NCBI RefSeq assembly: GCF_018350175.1
Contig: NC_058369.1
Coordinates: 7,688,001-7,752,000 of the forward strand
Length of the DNA stretch: 64,000 nt
From: Felis catus
Lineage: Eukaryota
Direction of reading: 5' to 3'
Shown: piece by piece, positions 35,751-49,544 of the stretch
Numbering within the stretch: the first letter of the stretch is position 1
Layout of the letters: each line of letters begins with the position of its first letter
Notes under the pieces: generated by a model
What the model saw: only the letters and a program-made list of their open reading frames with translations
Database searches by the model: none
What the model was told of the DNA's origin: nothing
Position numbers and translations under genes: made by a program

Positions 35751-37533
35751 GCCCCTCCCCTGCTTGTGCTCTCTCTCTCAAAATGAATAAATAAACTTAA
35801 AAAAATTGGCAAGGGCATGAAAAATCAAATAGGTGACAAGTCACCAGACTTCTAGTCATAAAATTGTTCTTGTAAGAAAAATAAATAAATATTTCCAATA
35901 ACATAAGTAATAACATGACAAATAAACATACTGATATTATTCAACATCTTGCTATTAAATAAATTTATATTAATAATAAACTTTTTAAAAAGAACAATAT
36001 ATTTAACTTATTAATAAAGAAATGAGCATTACGAAGCAATACGTTGGGGCACCTGGCTGGCTCAGTTGGTAGAGCATGAGACTCTTGAACTCAGGGTCCT
36101 GGGTTCAAGCCCCACGTTGGGCATACAGGTGACTTAAAAAAAGAAAAAAGAAGGGACGCCTGGGTGGCTCAATCGGTTAAGCGTCTGACTTCGGCTCAGG
36201 TCGTGATCTCACGGTTTGTGAGTCTGAGCTCCACGTCCGGCTCTGTGCTGACAGCTCAGAGCCTGGAACCTGCTTCGGATTCTGTGTCTCCCTCTTTCTC
36301 TGCCCCTCCCCAGCTTGCACTCTGTCTCTGTCTGTCTCTGTCTCTCTGTCTCTCAAAAATACATAAACAGAAGTTTTTTTTTAAAGAAAAAATCAATATA
36401 TTATGCTATGTATATGTATGTGTATATGTATATGTATGCAGCATATATATTCATAGAATCCTCAGTACTAGCTCTGGCTATGCCCCGTTGTTGGTTTCTA
36501 AACCTGACAGTCTGACGGAGGAGGCAAACCAGACAGTTCTAACAAAGGTGGCAGGGCTTTGATGGGGAGATAAGAGAACTCAGAAAATGACTGCTCCTTT
36601 TCCTGAGCTCATTTTCGGCGTCCAGTCACTGCCAGGCCAGATCTTGGGGTGCCATCAGACCTCAGCAAAACCTCACTGAAACCCCTGCCGAGTGATGTGT
36701 ATTGCGTGTTGCTCGCACAACCTCTAGAAACCAGGTGTTCAACCCACGGGGTACAAAACACAAAGAAAACTGGGTCCTCTCCTCACCAGGGAGCTATCAG
36801 AGCGGAAATCTCAGCCCTGTGGGGACCTGAAGGCTGGGGAGGAAGTGCCCCCCCCCCACTTGCCCCGGCTGGCTCAGCACTTTGCCACACCTCCCCAAGG
36901 GACCTGCAGTGGGCGGGAATATCAAGGCCACAGACATATCCGGCTGTCTGTAAGGGGATCATGGCTCCTAGACAAAGGTGATGTCCCTAGGGACACGCAG
37001 ATACACCAACAGACAATTTCCGCCTCCCCCTCACCCCCCACCTCCCGCTTCTGGGTCAACTCAAGGTCTTGCCGGTCAGCTGAGGGAATGGCTTTGGAAA
37101 GAGAACTGGGAAGCACTGTAAGCCTAGACTTCCTGATGGTCTGAGAGGTCAAGGGGAAAGCGGAGCCCTGCCTAGGGGGCCCCTGAATGAGAGAAGGGGG
37201 GAGGATGAGGAATGAGCGAAATGGGGCCTCCTTTTCTTGGGGAGCTCCCAGGCAGGGGAAGAGAAGAGAAGGAAGAAGCTTGGACCAGCCTCCACTAATT
37301 ACAGGGCCCCTGACAATAATGGCTAACGCTCCCCGCAACACAGACCACCGCGCTGGGCGCGACGCTTCGAATCGTCACGCCTCCAGCAAGGTGGTATTAT
37401 TCTTCCGATCATCCCACTGTTTTTAATAGACCTTATTTTTAAAGGTTTTTTTTTTTTTAATCTTTATTTATTTTTGAGAGAGACAGAGACAGAATGTGAG
37501 TGGGTTAGGGGCAGAGAGAAGGAGACACAGAAG

Positions 37534-37582
37534 CAGGCTCCAGGCTCCAGGCTCCAGGCTCCAGGCTCCAGGCTCCAGGCTC
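37534..37582. repeat. (CAGGCTC)7 heptamer repeat inside an antisense SINE (~37447-37689)
   Basis: Seven perfect copies counted. Confidence 0.95.
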
Positions 37583-40500
37583 CGAGCTGTCAGCACAGAG
37601 CCGGACGCGGGGCTCAAACTCACGAGCTGCGAGATCATGACCTGAGCCCAGGTCGGACGCTCAACCGACTGAGCCACCCAGGCGCCCCTATAAACCTTAG
37701 TTTTTAGAATAGTTTTAAGTTCACAGCAAAACTGAGGGGAAAGTACAGAGACTTCCCATATATCTCCTGCCCCCACACAGGTACAGCCTTCCCTCTTGCA
37801 TATGCCCACCGGAGTGGCCCATTTGTCACAACGGGTCATCCAGGGTCCATGGTTTTTTTACACTGGCGTCCGCTCTTGGGTCCAGACGAACGCATAGTGA
37901 ATGTAGCCACCGTTACAGTGTCGCACAGAGTAGTTTCACTGCCCTAAGAATCCTCTGTGCTCGGCCTCCTCGTGCCCCCCTCCCCACTAACTCCCGGCAA
38001 ACTCTTCCATTTACTGCCTTCATAATTTTGCCTTTTCCTCATCTCCCCATTTTAAAGATGACGGAGCCAAAGCAGCAGTGGTGGGATTTGCCCTCTTGCT
38101 CATCCTGCGTCCCCGCCCTGGCTCCGAGGCAGTGGCCCCCATCCCTGCCCCAGTGGGTGGAAACAGAAGGGCAGTGCTTACCACTCGCTTACCGCTCTGG
38201 ACCACATCCCATCGCTGGTGAGATGCGGAACATTCTTCTCCTTGATCCCTCCAGCCTCCCTGGGCCTCCACTGTCCTCCCCAGCCCCCAGCTCTCGGCTT
38301 TTGGCAGGAGGAACTTCATGAAGAGAAGTGTCTGAGACAGGTCCCAAGCTTCTCGTCATCACCACAGCGCTGGGGGAAGGGGCCCCAACTGCAGAGAAAC
38401 TTTCCAGATGCTGATCTTGGCAGACACTGGGGCTGCAGCCGCCTGGTCTCGCCCATAGGCTCGGGGCCCACTCTCAGCTTCGGGGATGGGGTGGGAAGGT
38501 TCCCTTTGGAAGCCAACCTCCGATGCATCCGCGGCAGATACAGTCTTGGCCCTTCCAGCCTAGGAAGGGGGGCCCTCTCTTCTGGAAGAGGGAGGCAGGC
38601 GGTTAGGGGAGAGGGGAGCGTCCGAAGTCTGTTCCGCAGCAGGCCCAGCACAGTAATAAGAGCCGACTTATATATAATGCGCCCGTTATTGTCCTGAGTG
38701 CATTGCGAGTGTCAACTCACCCAAAGCTCACGGCAGCTCCCTCAACCAGAGAATGGATAGACATAGTATAGCACTTACACGGGAGACCACTCAAGGATAT
38801 AATCTTTGCAACCACTAGCTTCCAAAGTGAGGAACTAGGAGATTAACAACACGGATGAATCTCCAGTGTGTTATCAGGAGGGAAAGTAGCCAAACCCCAC
38901 ATACTATATGATTCCATTTCTATGACATTCTAGAAAAGGCCAAACTGTAGGGGTGGTGAACAGACTCATCGCCGGCAGGAGCTGGGGACGGCCTGAAAGG
39001 GCACAGTGGAGGGGTCCCTGGGGTGGCTCAGTCAGTTCTTTTGTTTGTTTTTGTTTAATTTAATTTAATTTTTTAAAATGTTTATTTATTTCTGAGAGAG
39101 AGAGAGAGCATGAGCATGAGCAGGGAAGGGGCGGAGACAGACGGAGACACAGAACCCGAAACAGACTCCAGGCTCTGAGCTGTCAGCACAAAGCCTGATG
39201 TGGGGCTTGGACTCATGAGCCATGAGATCATGACCTGAGCTGAAGTCGGAGGCTTAACCGACTGAGCCACCCAGGTGCCTCAAGCGACCAACTCTTGATT
39301 TCAGCTCTGGTCATGATCTCACTGTTCATGAGATCGAGCCCCTCGTTGGGCTCTGCACTAAGTGTGGAGCCAGCCTGGGATGCTCTCTCTCCCTCTCTCT
39401 TCCTGCCCCTGCCCTTCTCTCTCTCTTGAAATAAATTAACATTTAAAAAAGGTCGGAGGGGGGGGCACCTGGGTGGCTCAGTTGGTTAAGGGCCCGACTC
39501 GGTTTCGGCTCAGGTCACGATCCCGTGATTGGTGAGTTCAAGCCCCACATCGGGCTCTGCACTGACCGTAGGGAGCCTATTTGGGATTCTCTCTCTTCCT
39601 CTCTCTCTCTGCCCCTCCCCCACTCCTCTTTCCGTCTCTCAAAATAAATAAATAAACTTCAAAAAAGGGGGGCGCACAGTGGAAACAGTTCTGTATGTGG
39701 ATTGTGGTAGTGGTCGTGTGACTATATATGTTTGTGGGAGCTTGAAGAACTGTACACATAAATTGCATCTTAAAACAAACAAAACACGAATGCCTCACGG
39801 CTGCCTTACATCAGTCAGGGTCTACGCAGGAAACTAGAAATATCTCAGACAGAGGGGATTTAGCACAGGGCTTGGTTACATAGATGAGACACCGAAGTTG
39901 GGGAAAGGGTTAGACTATTTAGAAATTAGCAGGTAGGGAGGCCATGTCCAGTGGGAGAAGCCGCCAGAGCAGATGGGGAGAATTACCCTGTCCCCCTGCC
40001 CCCGTCCTCCCGCCCTCCGATCTCCCCTCAGTGCCTGCCGTTGGCTAAATCTGAGCAGAAGCCACTGGGCTAGGAGCTGGTGTATGCGAGGGGCAGCCCT
40101 GAGCCGTGGGGCCCAGCAGAGCAGGGAACGGATGATCTGAGGGCACACAGGCCTACGGCTCACACAAACCACGTGAGGAAGAGTAATTATAGTCCCATTT
40201 TACAGAGGAGGAAACTGAGGCCTGGAGAGTGCAGGTGTCCTGCCCAGGGGTCCAAGCCCCTTTTTTTCTGCTCTACTTCCCATCTGGATCCAACTGAAGG
40301 GAACCGAAGGCAATGGAAATGTCTATGCAAATCAGGCCCATCCCCAGGGGCTGGTGGGGCGTGCTGTGAGGGGAGACTCCCCCTGCTCCTCGTGGTGCTT
40401 GGCGATTGCCCACAAACTGAGCTGCAAACGAACACACAGCAGATGTTCTGGCAGTGATGAGGGAGCAGCTCTCCCCAGGAGGTCAGGCCCCGCCATCAAG

Positions 40501-40954
40501 CCTGCACCCATGCCCTGCACCTCCTATCTGACAGCTGCCCCCAATATTCCATCCTTGACCTCCGGCCTTTGTGAAAAGTCCTGCACAGTCCTGGGGGACT
40601 AGGAACGGCCAGATGTTTGGGGGAGGGGGGTCCTCCAGCTTCCGGTGTAGGCTCCCTAAATTGCTATCATGCCCATGGCCAGCAGAGATCCTCTCTGGGC
40701 TGCAAGGCTGACATCTGCCACACGCCACTGGGGACAGAGGTCACCTGCAATTGAGCCTTTGATCCACAGGAGTGGGCTAGAAACATCAACCTTTGACCTC
40801 CACCCAGGTTTGGGCCAAAATGGTCAAACTTTGAGCCTTGCAGTATGCAGGTCTCAAGGTCATTACCTCTCTTTCATTAAGGCTCACAATCAATAGGCTG
40901 GTGGGGGATTCCTGTGCAAACTTCTTTCTCTACACCACGTTGGTTCCATCCGTT

Positions 40955-42230
40955 ACTATGTACTGAAAACATACCGGGTGCTTGGCACCCTTCTTAGCAA
41001 TGAGGCCCAGCAGTGAGAGAAATAAAGACCTGGTCCTCCAGGAGCTGATGTTCTAGTGTTGGGGCGGGGGGGGGGGGGGTGGGGGGAGGCAAGAATCAAG
41101 GCAAAGAAGATGATATGATCTGTTAGAATGTGGAAGATATACAAGAAACAATGATATTGGGAAGGCATATGAGGAATGTGGGGTAGGAAGAGAACAGTGA
41201 CCTTAGACCCAATGTCACCTGAGAAGGTGGTATTTGAGTCAAGACGTGAAGGAGGTGAGGGAGTGAGTCATGTAGATATTTAAGGAAGAGAGGTCCAGGG
41301 AGAGGGAAGCGGCAGTGCAAGGGCCCTGAGGCTGGCATCAGATTGACAGGTTCTGGTGAGAAGATCATTGTGGCCTAAACCACAGAGTGATAAAGGGTGA
41401 AGGTGGAAGGAAGGGAGGACAGGACCTGCAAGGCCTCGTGGGCTGCAGCCAGGAGTTTGGCTTTTGCTCAAAGTGAAATGAGAGGCCTAGAGAGAGGGTT
41501 CTGAGCAGAGGAGGGACGTGATCTGATGCAGGAGTTTCCAGCCTCCTTCTGTGGTGGGAAAAAGACTGTGGGGAGTAGGGAGGGAAGGAGAGAGAACTCT
41601 GATCCTTCACACAGCTCTGTAGAGAAGGGTTTGTGTATACCCCACTTATAAGAATGAGGAGACCAAATTCTGAAAGAGCTAGCCAGTTGCCCAGGGACAC
41701 CCAGCCAACTAGTGACACCCCCTAAATTTGAACCTGTGTCTATGTAACTACAGTGTCATTGGGTAAATGATCTTTTTTTTTTTTTTTTTTTCTTGTACCT
41801 TATGTGCCTGTGGCATCCGGGGAGATGGAGATCTTGAGACCCAGGAGACAAAGGGAGGGCTTTCTCTGTTTCTGGTAAGACCCCTGCAGCAGGATGATTA
41901 GGCAAGGAATCCACTCAAGAAACACGTCCTGAGCCCCTACTGTGTTACAGAGCAAAATTTCTGTCCTGGGGGTTTATATTCTAATGGAGGAGACAGAGAA
42001 AAAAGCATAAAAACCCAGGAAATTACAGAGGATGTTAGAAGATAAATACCGGTGGGGAAAAAATAAGACAGGATAAGGGCCAGGAGTGGGGGTTACAGTT
42101 TTGAATAGGGTGTTCAGGACAGGCTTCTTGGAGGAGGTGACGTGTGAGCAAAGAATTGAAGGAGGTGAGAGACAGAGCCATGTGGAGCCCTGGGAAAAGT
42201 ATGTTCCAGGATGAAGGAACAGTGTGAAGG
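40955..42230. mobile_element. L2/MIR fragments
   Basis: tgaaggaggtgagggagtgagtcatgtagatat, ggagtttggcttttgctc, gagggttctgagcagaggagggacgtgatctga. Confidence 0.7.
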
Positions 42231-44215
42231 CCCCGCAGTGGGTTCAACTTGAAGGAGTTGCCACCAGGAAGGTCCAGCCGGCCGCCTCTGAGCCCTGCCA
42301 CTCTCTCCCCACTCCTGGCCTTTGGAATCCTGTTTTTTTCAGTCTGGAACACCCTTTCTCCTCTGGATGAACTCCTGATGGACCCTCAAACCTTAGCTCT
42401 CAGGTTACAGCTTTAGGGAATTCACCTCTGAGATCCCTGCCCCCAGGGGTGAAGAGTTCTTCCTTTGGGCTTCCACAGACCCTGTAGATCTTCCTTCCCC
42501 TGTTTCGATTCTTCAGTCTTCTGCACTGCACTGTATCTTAATGTCTGCTGGATTTACCTACACAGTACACAGTAGGTGCCTAATAAATCATTAAGCAACT
42601 AAGTGCTGTTCCATCGTTTGCTACATGAAATCCAAACTTCCTGGCAGAGGACAGACTTGTAAGTCTGCCTTTGAAATCATAAACTGGTTCTGGGAGGAGA
42701 CACATAGCTGTAGTAGCGGCTTTTGGGAGAGAACAGGGAGGGGCAGAGGTCAGAGATTGGAGGAGACATTTCATTCTAGTTATACTCTTGTAATTGTTCA
42801 CATTTTCTTTACCCGGTGTGTGAGTCACCTACACAAACATAAAATGAATGAATAAAATTCTACAACATGAAGGATTTAAAGACCTTTTTCAATTACAAGG
42901 TGGGTGGAGCTTTAAATTCACATCCACAATTATTCTAGCAGGGATAAAGTACACAATGAAATACATTGTAAATTTTTGTTGCTATTACACAAAAATATCT
43001 ATGATACATATCAGATGCAAAAAAAAAAAAAACCGCCCACATCTTTAGCACAGCATTCAAGTCTTCCGGGGTCCCCCTCATCCCTGCCTTGGCTCTTGCC
43101 TTGTTTTGATGACAAAACTTACCTTCAATAACAATAATAATAACAACAATAATAATACCCCTTTAAGTGTTCACTTTGTGCAAGGCATGGAGGGCTTGGC
43201 CTTCAACACTTCATTGAAGTCTCACGACCTCTCCATTTTCCAGATGAGGAAACTGAGGTTGGCTCCCAGACCACGTTCTAGGCCACTGAGCTCCCCTCCT
43301 GGTCCAGGGCACCCTGGCAGCCGGGTGTTCAGACTTGGCGAGGCAGCGAAGCGAGGGGTTCGTGACGCCCTCTGGAGGTCGCGCGGGGTAAGTGGCCAAG
43401 AACCTAAAAATGAACATTTGCGTTTCGGTTGTAAGGATGCGCAACGAGGGAGGGAATCCAGGATCTGCGGACTCCCCACTTCGCTCTGTTTTCGGAGAGC
43501 GGTCTGACAGTGGAACGCACCCTGGCCTAGGAGGCGGAGAAGACAGACCTAATCTTTGGCTTGAGGGGGAACATACCCCTGCTCTGGGGGATCTGAGAGG
43601 AGAGGAACGGTCCCACAGGCTCAGTCCTAAGAGCTTTCTGTGGGAGATAAGGCCCTGCACTTAAACACACAAAAGCACGTTATCGGAAACCCCAAAACCA
43701 CCTCAGAAATTCTAGGAAGATACAGGGGCGCAGAGGGGCATGGAGGGCGTGACCGACACCAAAAGGGTAACGGTTATTGGTCATGTTCTCTTAAAGCCCG
43801 CCCCAGAACCGCCCAACCATAGGCGGGGCCACTTTGCCAGGCTTAAAATTCATTGGCTGAACGAGGAGGGTGCCTTTCGGCGCGGAGGTCTCATTGGCTG
43901 GATTCCTGCTCTTAAGGGGCGGGACCCCAAAGAAGAGCTGGGCGTGTGCAGGGGGCGCGGCTATTTGCTGCAAGTCGCGTTTACAGGGGTCGCAGAGGGT
44001 CCTTTAGGCCAGGCGTGAAAGTTGGGGCTTGGGGATTAGCCTTGGGGCGGAGATGGAGGCACGCCGGGCCAGGCCCCGCCGTCTTCGCTCTTGCATACTC
44101 AGCTTTCCAGCGCCGAGCCGAGCGAGGTGGGCGGTGTCGCGGGAGTGATGTCATCACCGGGCGTCGCGCACACCCAGAGGAGCCGTGACCTCTCCGCATG
44201 GGGAGCTGCGGGACA

Positions 44216-44272
44216 ATGCTGCAGCTAGTGCGGGCCGGGGCGCGGGCCTGGCTTCGGCCCACCGGCTGCCGG
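44216..44272 (+). CDS. MRPL4: Mitochondrial ribosomal protein L4 (uL4m), exon 1
   Basis: MLQLVRAGARAWLRPTGCR; donor CGG|GTGAGG. The nine exons sum to 885 nt = 294 aa + stop. Confidence 0.95.
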
Positions 44273-44357
44273 GTGAGGCCCGAGACTGGGGACGGGATGG
44301 GAGGACAAAGGTTGGAGGTTCCGGGCGTCGTCGTTCACTGTCGTGCACGGTTTACAG

Positions 44358-44424
44358 GGCCTGAACGCGCTGGCGGAAGAGGCAGTGCACCCGGTGGCGA
44401 AGCCAGAGGCAGTAGTTAGCGCGG
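44358..44424 (+). CDS. MRPL4: MRPL4 exon 2
   Basis: tttacag|GLNALAEEAVHPVAKPEAVVSA(G)|gtgagg. Confidence 0.92.
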
Positions 44425-44511
44425 GTGAGGTTGTCAGGGTCGCCCTTAGGAGGGGCGGCGACCGGGAGCCCTGACGCTCGGTCCTGACCCTTGACCTCCC
44501 AATCGCTTCAG

Positions 44512-44662
44512 GTCCCCAGGCGCCTGTGCTGCGCAGGTGCGAGCTCCCGGTCCCCGCCACCCGGCGTCCGGTGCAGGCCTGGGTGGAGTCCCTGCGGGGC
44601 TACCAGCAGGAGCGTGTGGGTCTGGCCGAACTGCACCCCGACGTTTTCTCCACGGCGCCCAG
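44512..44662 (+). CDS. MRPL4: MRPL4 exon 3
   Basis: [49 protein letters not shown](R); AG/GT boundaries. Confidence 0.96.
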
Positions 44663-45723
44663 GTGAGTGAGAGTGAAATGGTGAACTGAGTGCCAGAGGG
44701 ACGAGACGCGGGGCTTTAGGAATCAGGATGATCTGGGCTGGAGCCTCGGTTCTTCCACCTGCCAAAGGGGGATATGATGATTTTCCCAGCTACAGATTTG
44801 TGTGAGGTTGAGATCTAAGAGGTAACATCTCCGAGGAGTTAAGTGACTGAGTTCATATCCTGCCTTCCCCTCTTATGTTTCAGTGTCCCCATTCTGTGAA
44901 ACCTCAAGAGTTTGCTGTGATGATGAAGTGACTTAATTCTGGCACAGCAGAAGTTCTATAGATACATTGATTATCGTTGCTGTTAATTGGGTTTTGTAAA
45001 AATGATCAGGACGATGGTTAAGCCCTTTCTATGTGCCTGGAATAGCCTATTTGCAGTTTGGTTAAGCAGACCATCATAGCAACCCTGGGTTCAGTTATTC
45101 CTGCTTTGTAGATAAGAAAACTGAGAACACAGACAGATTAAGAAATTTGCTTGGCGTCACACAGCTTGTAAGATTTAGAGCCAGGATCTCAACCGTGTGT
45201 GGACCGACTCCTTGGGCTGGGTTATGGCTTGCTAAAGCATATGATACCTCTGAAGTGCATCATATCTGCCACATAATAAGTGCTGTTTATTTATTACTAT
45301 TACTGGTATTGGTATGGTTTGCCCCCTACTTTTCCAGAGTCTCAAAGTCTCAGTCTAGTAGAGGGTGACAAAATTAAATTTAAAACAACATGGGGCACTT
45401 GGGTGGCTCAGTTGGTGAAGCATCCAACTCTTGATCTCCGCTCAGGTCATGAGCCCACGGTTCGTGAGTTTGAGCCCTGAGTTGGGCTCTGCGCTGAGAG
45501 GGCAGAGCCTGCTTGGGATACTCACTCACTCTCCCCCTCTCCCTCTCTCCCCGCCCCCCCCCCCGCCCCCGTGCGCTCTCTCAAAATAAATAAAGAAATT
45601 AAAAACAACATATCTTGCTTATTCTATAAATACTTAGGAAGCATCTGCCAGATTCCATTCTAGGTGTTGGGAATCCAGCAGTGAATGAGCGCCAAGGTTG
45701 CCGATGTTGTTTACAGTCTAGAG

Positions 45724-45932
45724 CAGGGGTCAGCAAACTTCTCCCGTGAAGGGCCAGATAGGAAAATATTTTGGGCTTTGCAGGCTATAACGTCCCCATG
45801 GCAACTACTCATCTCTGTGGTGGAGCCACAGACAGTTTGCAAGCAAAAGCGGAGTTGTGTTCCAGTAAAACATATTGACCGGAACGGGCAGCAGGCCAGA
45901 TTTGGCCTCCTAGCCATAGTTTGCCAACCCCT
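45724..45932 (+). mobile_element. MER58A-like MITE
   Basis: Terminal inverted repeats caggggtcagcaaact ... agtttgccaacccctg. Confidence 0.85.
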
Positions 45933-46558
45933 GGCAGACTACCCTGGCAGTCGTGTCCGATGTAGGCACGTAACGCCAATCACACGTATAACTTAAATTT
46001 TGCTAGTAGCCACGTTTTAAAAAAAAAAAAAAAGGAAGAAACAAGGATTTATTTTCTTTAACCTGCTGCGTCTACAATATTGTCATTGCAACACGTGGCA
46101 CTGGCCACACTTCAGGCGTTCGATGACCACGCCTGTGACCAGTGTCTACTGAATGGGGTCACAGGGCTAGAGAGGCAAAGCAGCCCATAAAGAGGGTGGC
46201 AATGAGTAAGCTGGAAGCCTAGGAAGAGAGTAAGGTACTGGGAGAAGCAGGAAGAGGTGGCCCTCTTCCTAGCAAGGAGGCTCCTCTCGGAGATGTTGTT
46301 TGGGGCCGAGAAGGGACCAGCCAGGGGAAGAGCATTTCAGGCAGAGGGAACAGTGAGCGCAAAGGCATGGAGGCTGGACTCCATCTCACAGAATGGAGAC
46401 GGAGCGGGCCTGGAGGTGGTGCGAGATGGGGCAGAGGGGGCGGGGGGCGGATCACACAGGGCCCTGGCACTGAAGGGAGGAGCCCCTGTTTGCATCTCGT
46501 GAGGTGGCGAGGACTTCAGTTGGAGGGGGGCCTTTCACATCCTGTTCGTTCTCCACAG

Positions 46559-46610
46559 GATGGATATCTTGCACCAGGTTGCCATCTGGCAGAAGAACTT
46601 CAAGAGAATT
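46559..46610 (+). CDS. MRPL4: MRPL4 exon 4
   Basis: MDILHQVAIWQKNFKRI; ctccacag acceptor, ATT|gtgagt donor. Confidence 0.96.
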
Positions 46611-47454
46611 GTGAGTGCCCGGGGTGGGGGGAGTGGGGGGGTGAGGCTGGGGGAGGGAGGCCGAGGGAAGCTCCTGGACTGCTAGGCTCAGGCCTTCTCT
46701 TCTCTCCTGAACCATTCGCCGATGGGTTACTTGCCAGGTAAGTAAACACCCATTGTGCATTAGAGGAGACACTGAACACCCATTGTGCATTAGATGAGAC
46801 ACTGTGCTGGTGGACAAGACAGGCACGATCTCTATCCTCGCGAAACTCGTAGTCTAGTCGGAGAGGTGAACTTGAGTCGAGTAGTCATGCCTGTAAATGC
46901 GTGATTAGGGAAGACGTCCCAGAGGAAGAGACATTTAACCTCGGGTGCGTAGCAGGTGCTAACTAGGTAAAGGGGGGCAGTGGCGCTAACGGGAGCGGCA
47001 CATGCAAAAGTCCTGCGGCAGGGACAGAAGGGAGCCTCGTGTGGTCACAGAGGTCAGCAGGAGCGATGGTGAATAGTTTGGAGTTTTTGCCAAGTGCATT
47101 GGAGAAGCCGTTATCAATCAGGATCCCTTTGTTTGCCTTCTGCTTATCTCAGAAATCTAGGGAGTCCTCCTCCCTGGTCCACCCTGGTCCTAGAAATGAG
47201 GTCTTCAGCCTGGCATTGGAAATCCCTCACCCCATACCTCTCCCCGATTTTCTCGAGCCTCTGCACACACCTTTCCCTATGCCACACCTTCCTTTCAGTT
47301 GCCACCACATTGAAATCATTCAAAAACTACTGAGCGCCTGCTGTGTGCCAGGCAGCAGAGAGGCTGCTGACATTCTGGAGTGGATGAGGGAACTCTTGAT
47401 TTCTTTATCCTTCCCTCCCTCCCGAAGTGCTGTGTGCTTGTCCCGGCCCCCTAA

Positions 47455-47742
<288 letters not shown>

Positions 47743-48381
47743 TGATTCTGCACACACATCTGGGGTGATGCCTCGTCAGTCCCATTCCTTCTACCTGGGC
47801 AGGGGCAGCAGGACTCAGGCCCACGGACCTCACTGCCCATGTGCAGATCAGAGACCTGAGAGTCCACCTTCCCAGCCCTCCCCAGCTCTGGCCTTAGCGT
47901 CTCTCATCAGACTATGGCCACAGCCCCTCTTGGCCCTAACTCCCGTCTCATTTCTCGTGGCCCACACTTCACACAGCACCCGGGGTGCTCTTCCTAAACC
48001 TCCCAGTCCCTGTAGCCTTTGTGGGAAGTCTGAGCTCCCTACCTTGGCATTCCAGGCACAGGTGCCTGCAGACCCCCCCTTGTCCCTCCACATCCTCTCT
48101 GACCAGACACAGCTGATTCCGTGTCCTCTCTCACCTCCCGTGGCCAATGCCTCTCAACCTTATGATGTGTTTGGGCTGTGCCTCCCCCAGGAAGCCCTCC
48201 CTGACCTCCTTTGGGCCCCCAGCCCCCAGCAACTCCTCGTGCCGCTCCGAAAAGAGAGCCCCGATTCCCTCTGCTGTTGAGCCTGTGTCTGAATATGAAT
48301 GACATGAGGGCAGGGCTCCTGTCCATCTTGTTCCCTGCCGCACTCCCAGAGCCCGGAAGAGGATCCTCACTCAGGGTTTGA

Positions 48382-48735
<354 letters not shown>

Positions 48736-48796
48736 TAGGGTGTGGGCTGTGGGGGCTGAGCCGTGGGGGGCTCAGACTGTCCTTTCTTCCTAACAG

Positions 48797-48906
48797 GATT
48801 ACCTGCACATCGTGGACTCCCTGGAGCTGCCCACCTCGGACCCCCAGTACCTGACGGAGCTGGCCCGCTACCGCCACTGGGGGGACTCCGTGCTCCTGGT
48901 GGACCT
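48797..48906 (+). CDS. MRPL4: MRPL4 exon 7
   Basis: [36 protein letters not shown](L). Confidence 0.97.
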
Positions 48907-48984
48907 GTGAGGGTGTGGGGAGAGTGGGGGTGGGGGTGCTGGGTGCTGTCTTCTGCCGCGCTCACCTTCTGGCCTCCGTTTCAG

Positions 48985-49061
48985 AGCACACGAGGACATG
49001 CCTCAGAACGCCGTGGCCGCCACCTCCGGGCTCAAGACCTTCAACCTGATCCCGGCCGTCG
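48985..49061 (+). CDS. MRPL4: MRPL4 exon 8
   Basis: AHEDMPQNAVAATSGLKTFNLIPAV(G). Confidence 0.96.
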
Positions 49062-49544
49062 GTGAGCAGAGGGCCCTGGTTCTTCCCCCTAGGCCCCCAA
49101 GGGCCAGTTCAAGTTCGATACCTGCCACTCACTCAGCAGCTGAGTGGCCTTGGGCAGTGGCCACCCTCCCCCAGCCAGCCCTCAGCTTGCCCAAACGGAG
49201 TGTCGGGAAAATGGCACCCTTAAGGAAAGGCTCTGAGGTTGTATCTGTCCCGGCTCGGGCCTCGGTGCTCCGCACAGAGTAAGCGTGAGGGCTGCCGGCT
49301 CTGCTCATCTGGCTCCTTAGTCAGGCTGCGAGGTGGGATCCATCCCACCCGTCACTACCTTGACTCGGCCCCAAGAGCTCTCTCTTGGTGTCCTGATTGA
49401 GGTCTGGCTGCCTCCCTGACAGCTGCTTCCGGGGTCGGGGGTGGGGGTCTCATAGGCACCTTGGCACGAGAACTCCTTCCTTCCCGTGGCTCAGGCCACA
49501 GAGCATGCCGTCACCCTCTGCTCCCGTCCCTGCTACCTCCCCCT

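Larger units (their letters stand above)
43740..44720 (+). promoter_or_regulatory. MRPL4: MRPL4 CpG-island promoter
   Basis: Three reverse CCAAT boxes (ATTGG at 43776, 43852, 43893), several GGGGCGG boxes, CpG-rich through exon 3. Confidence 0.85.
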
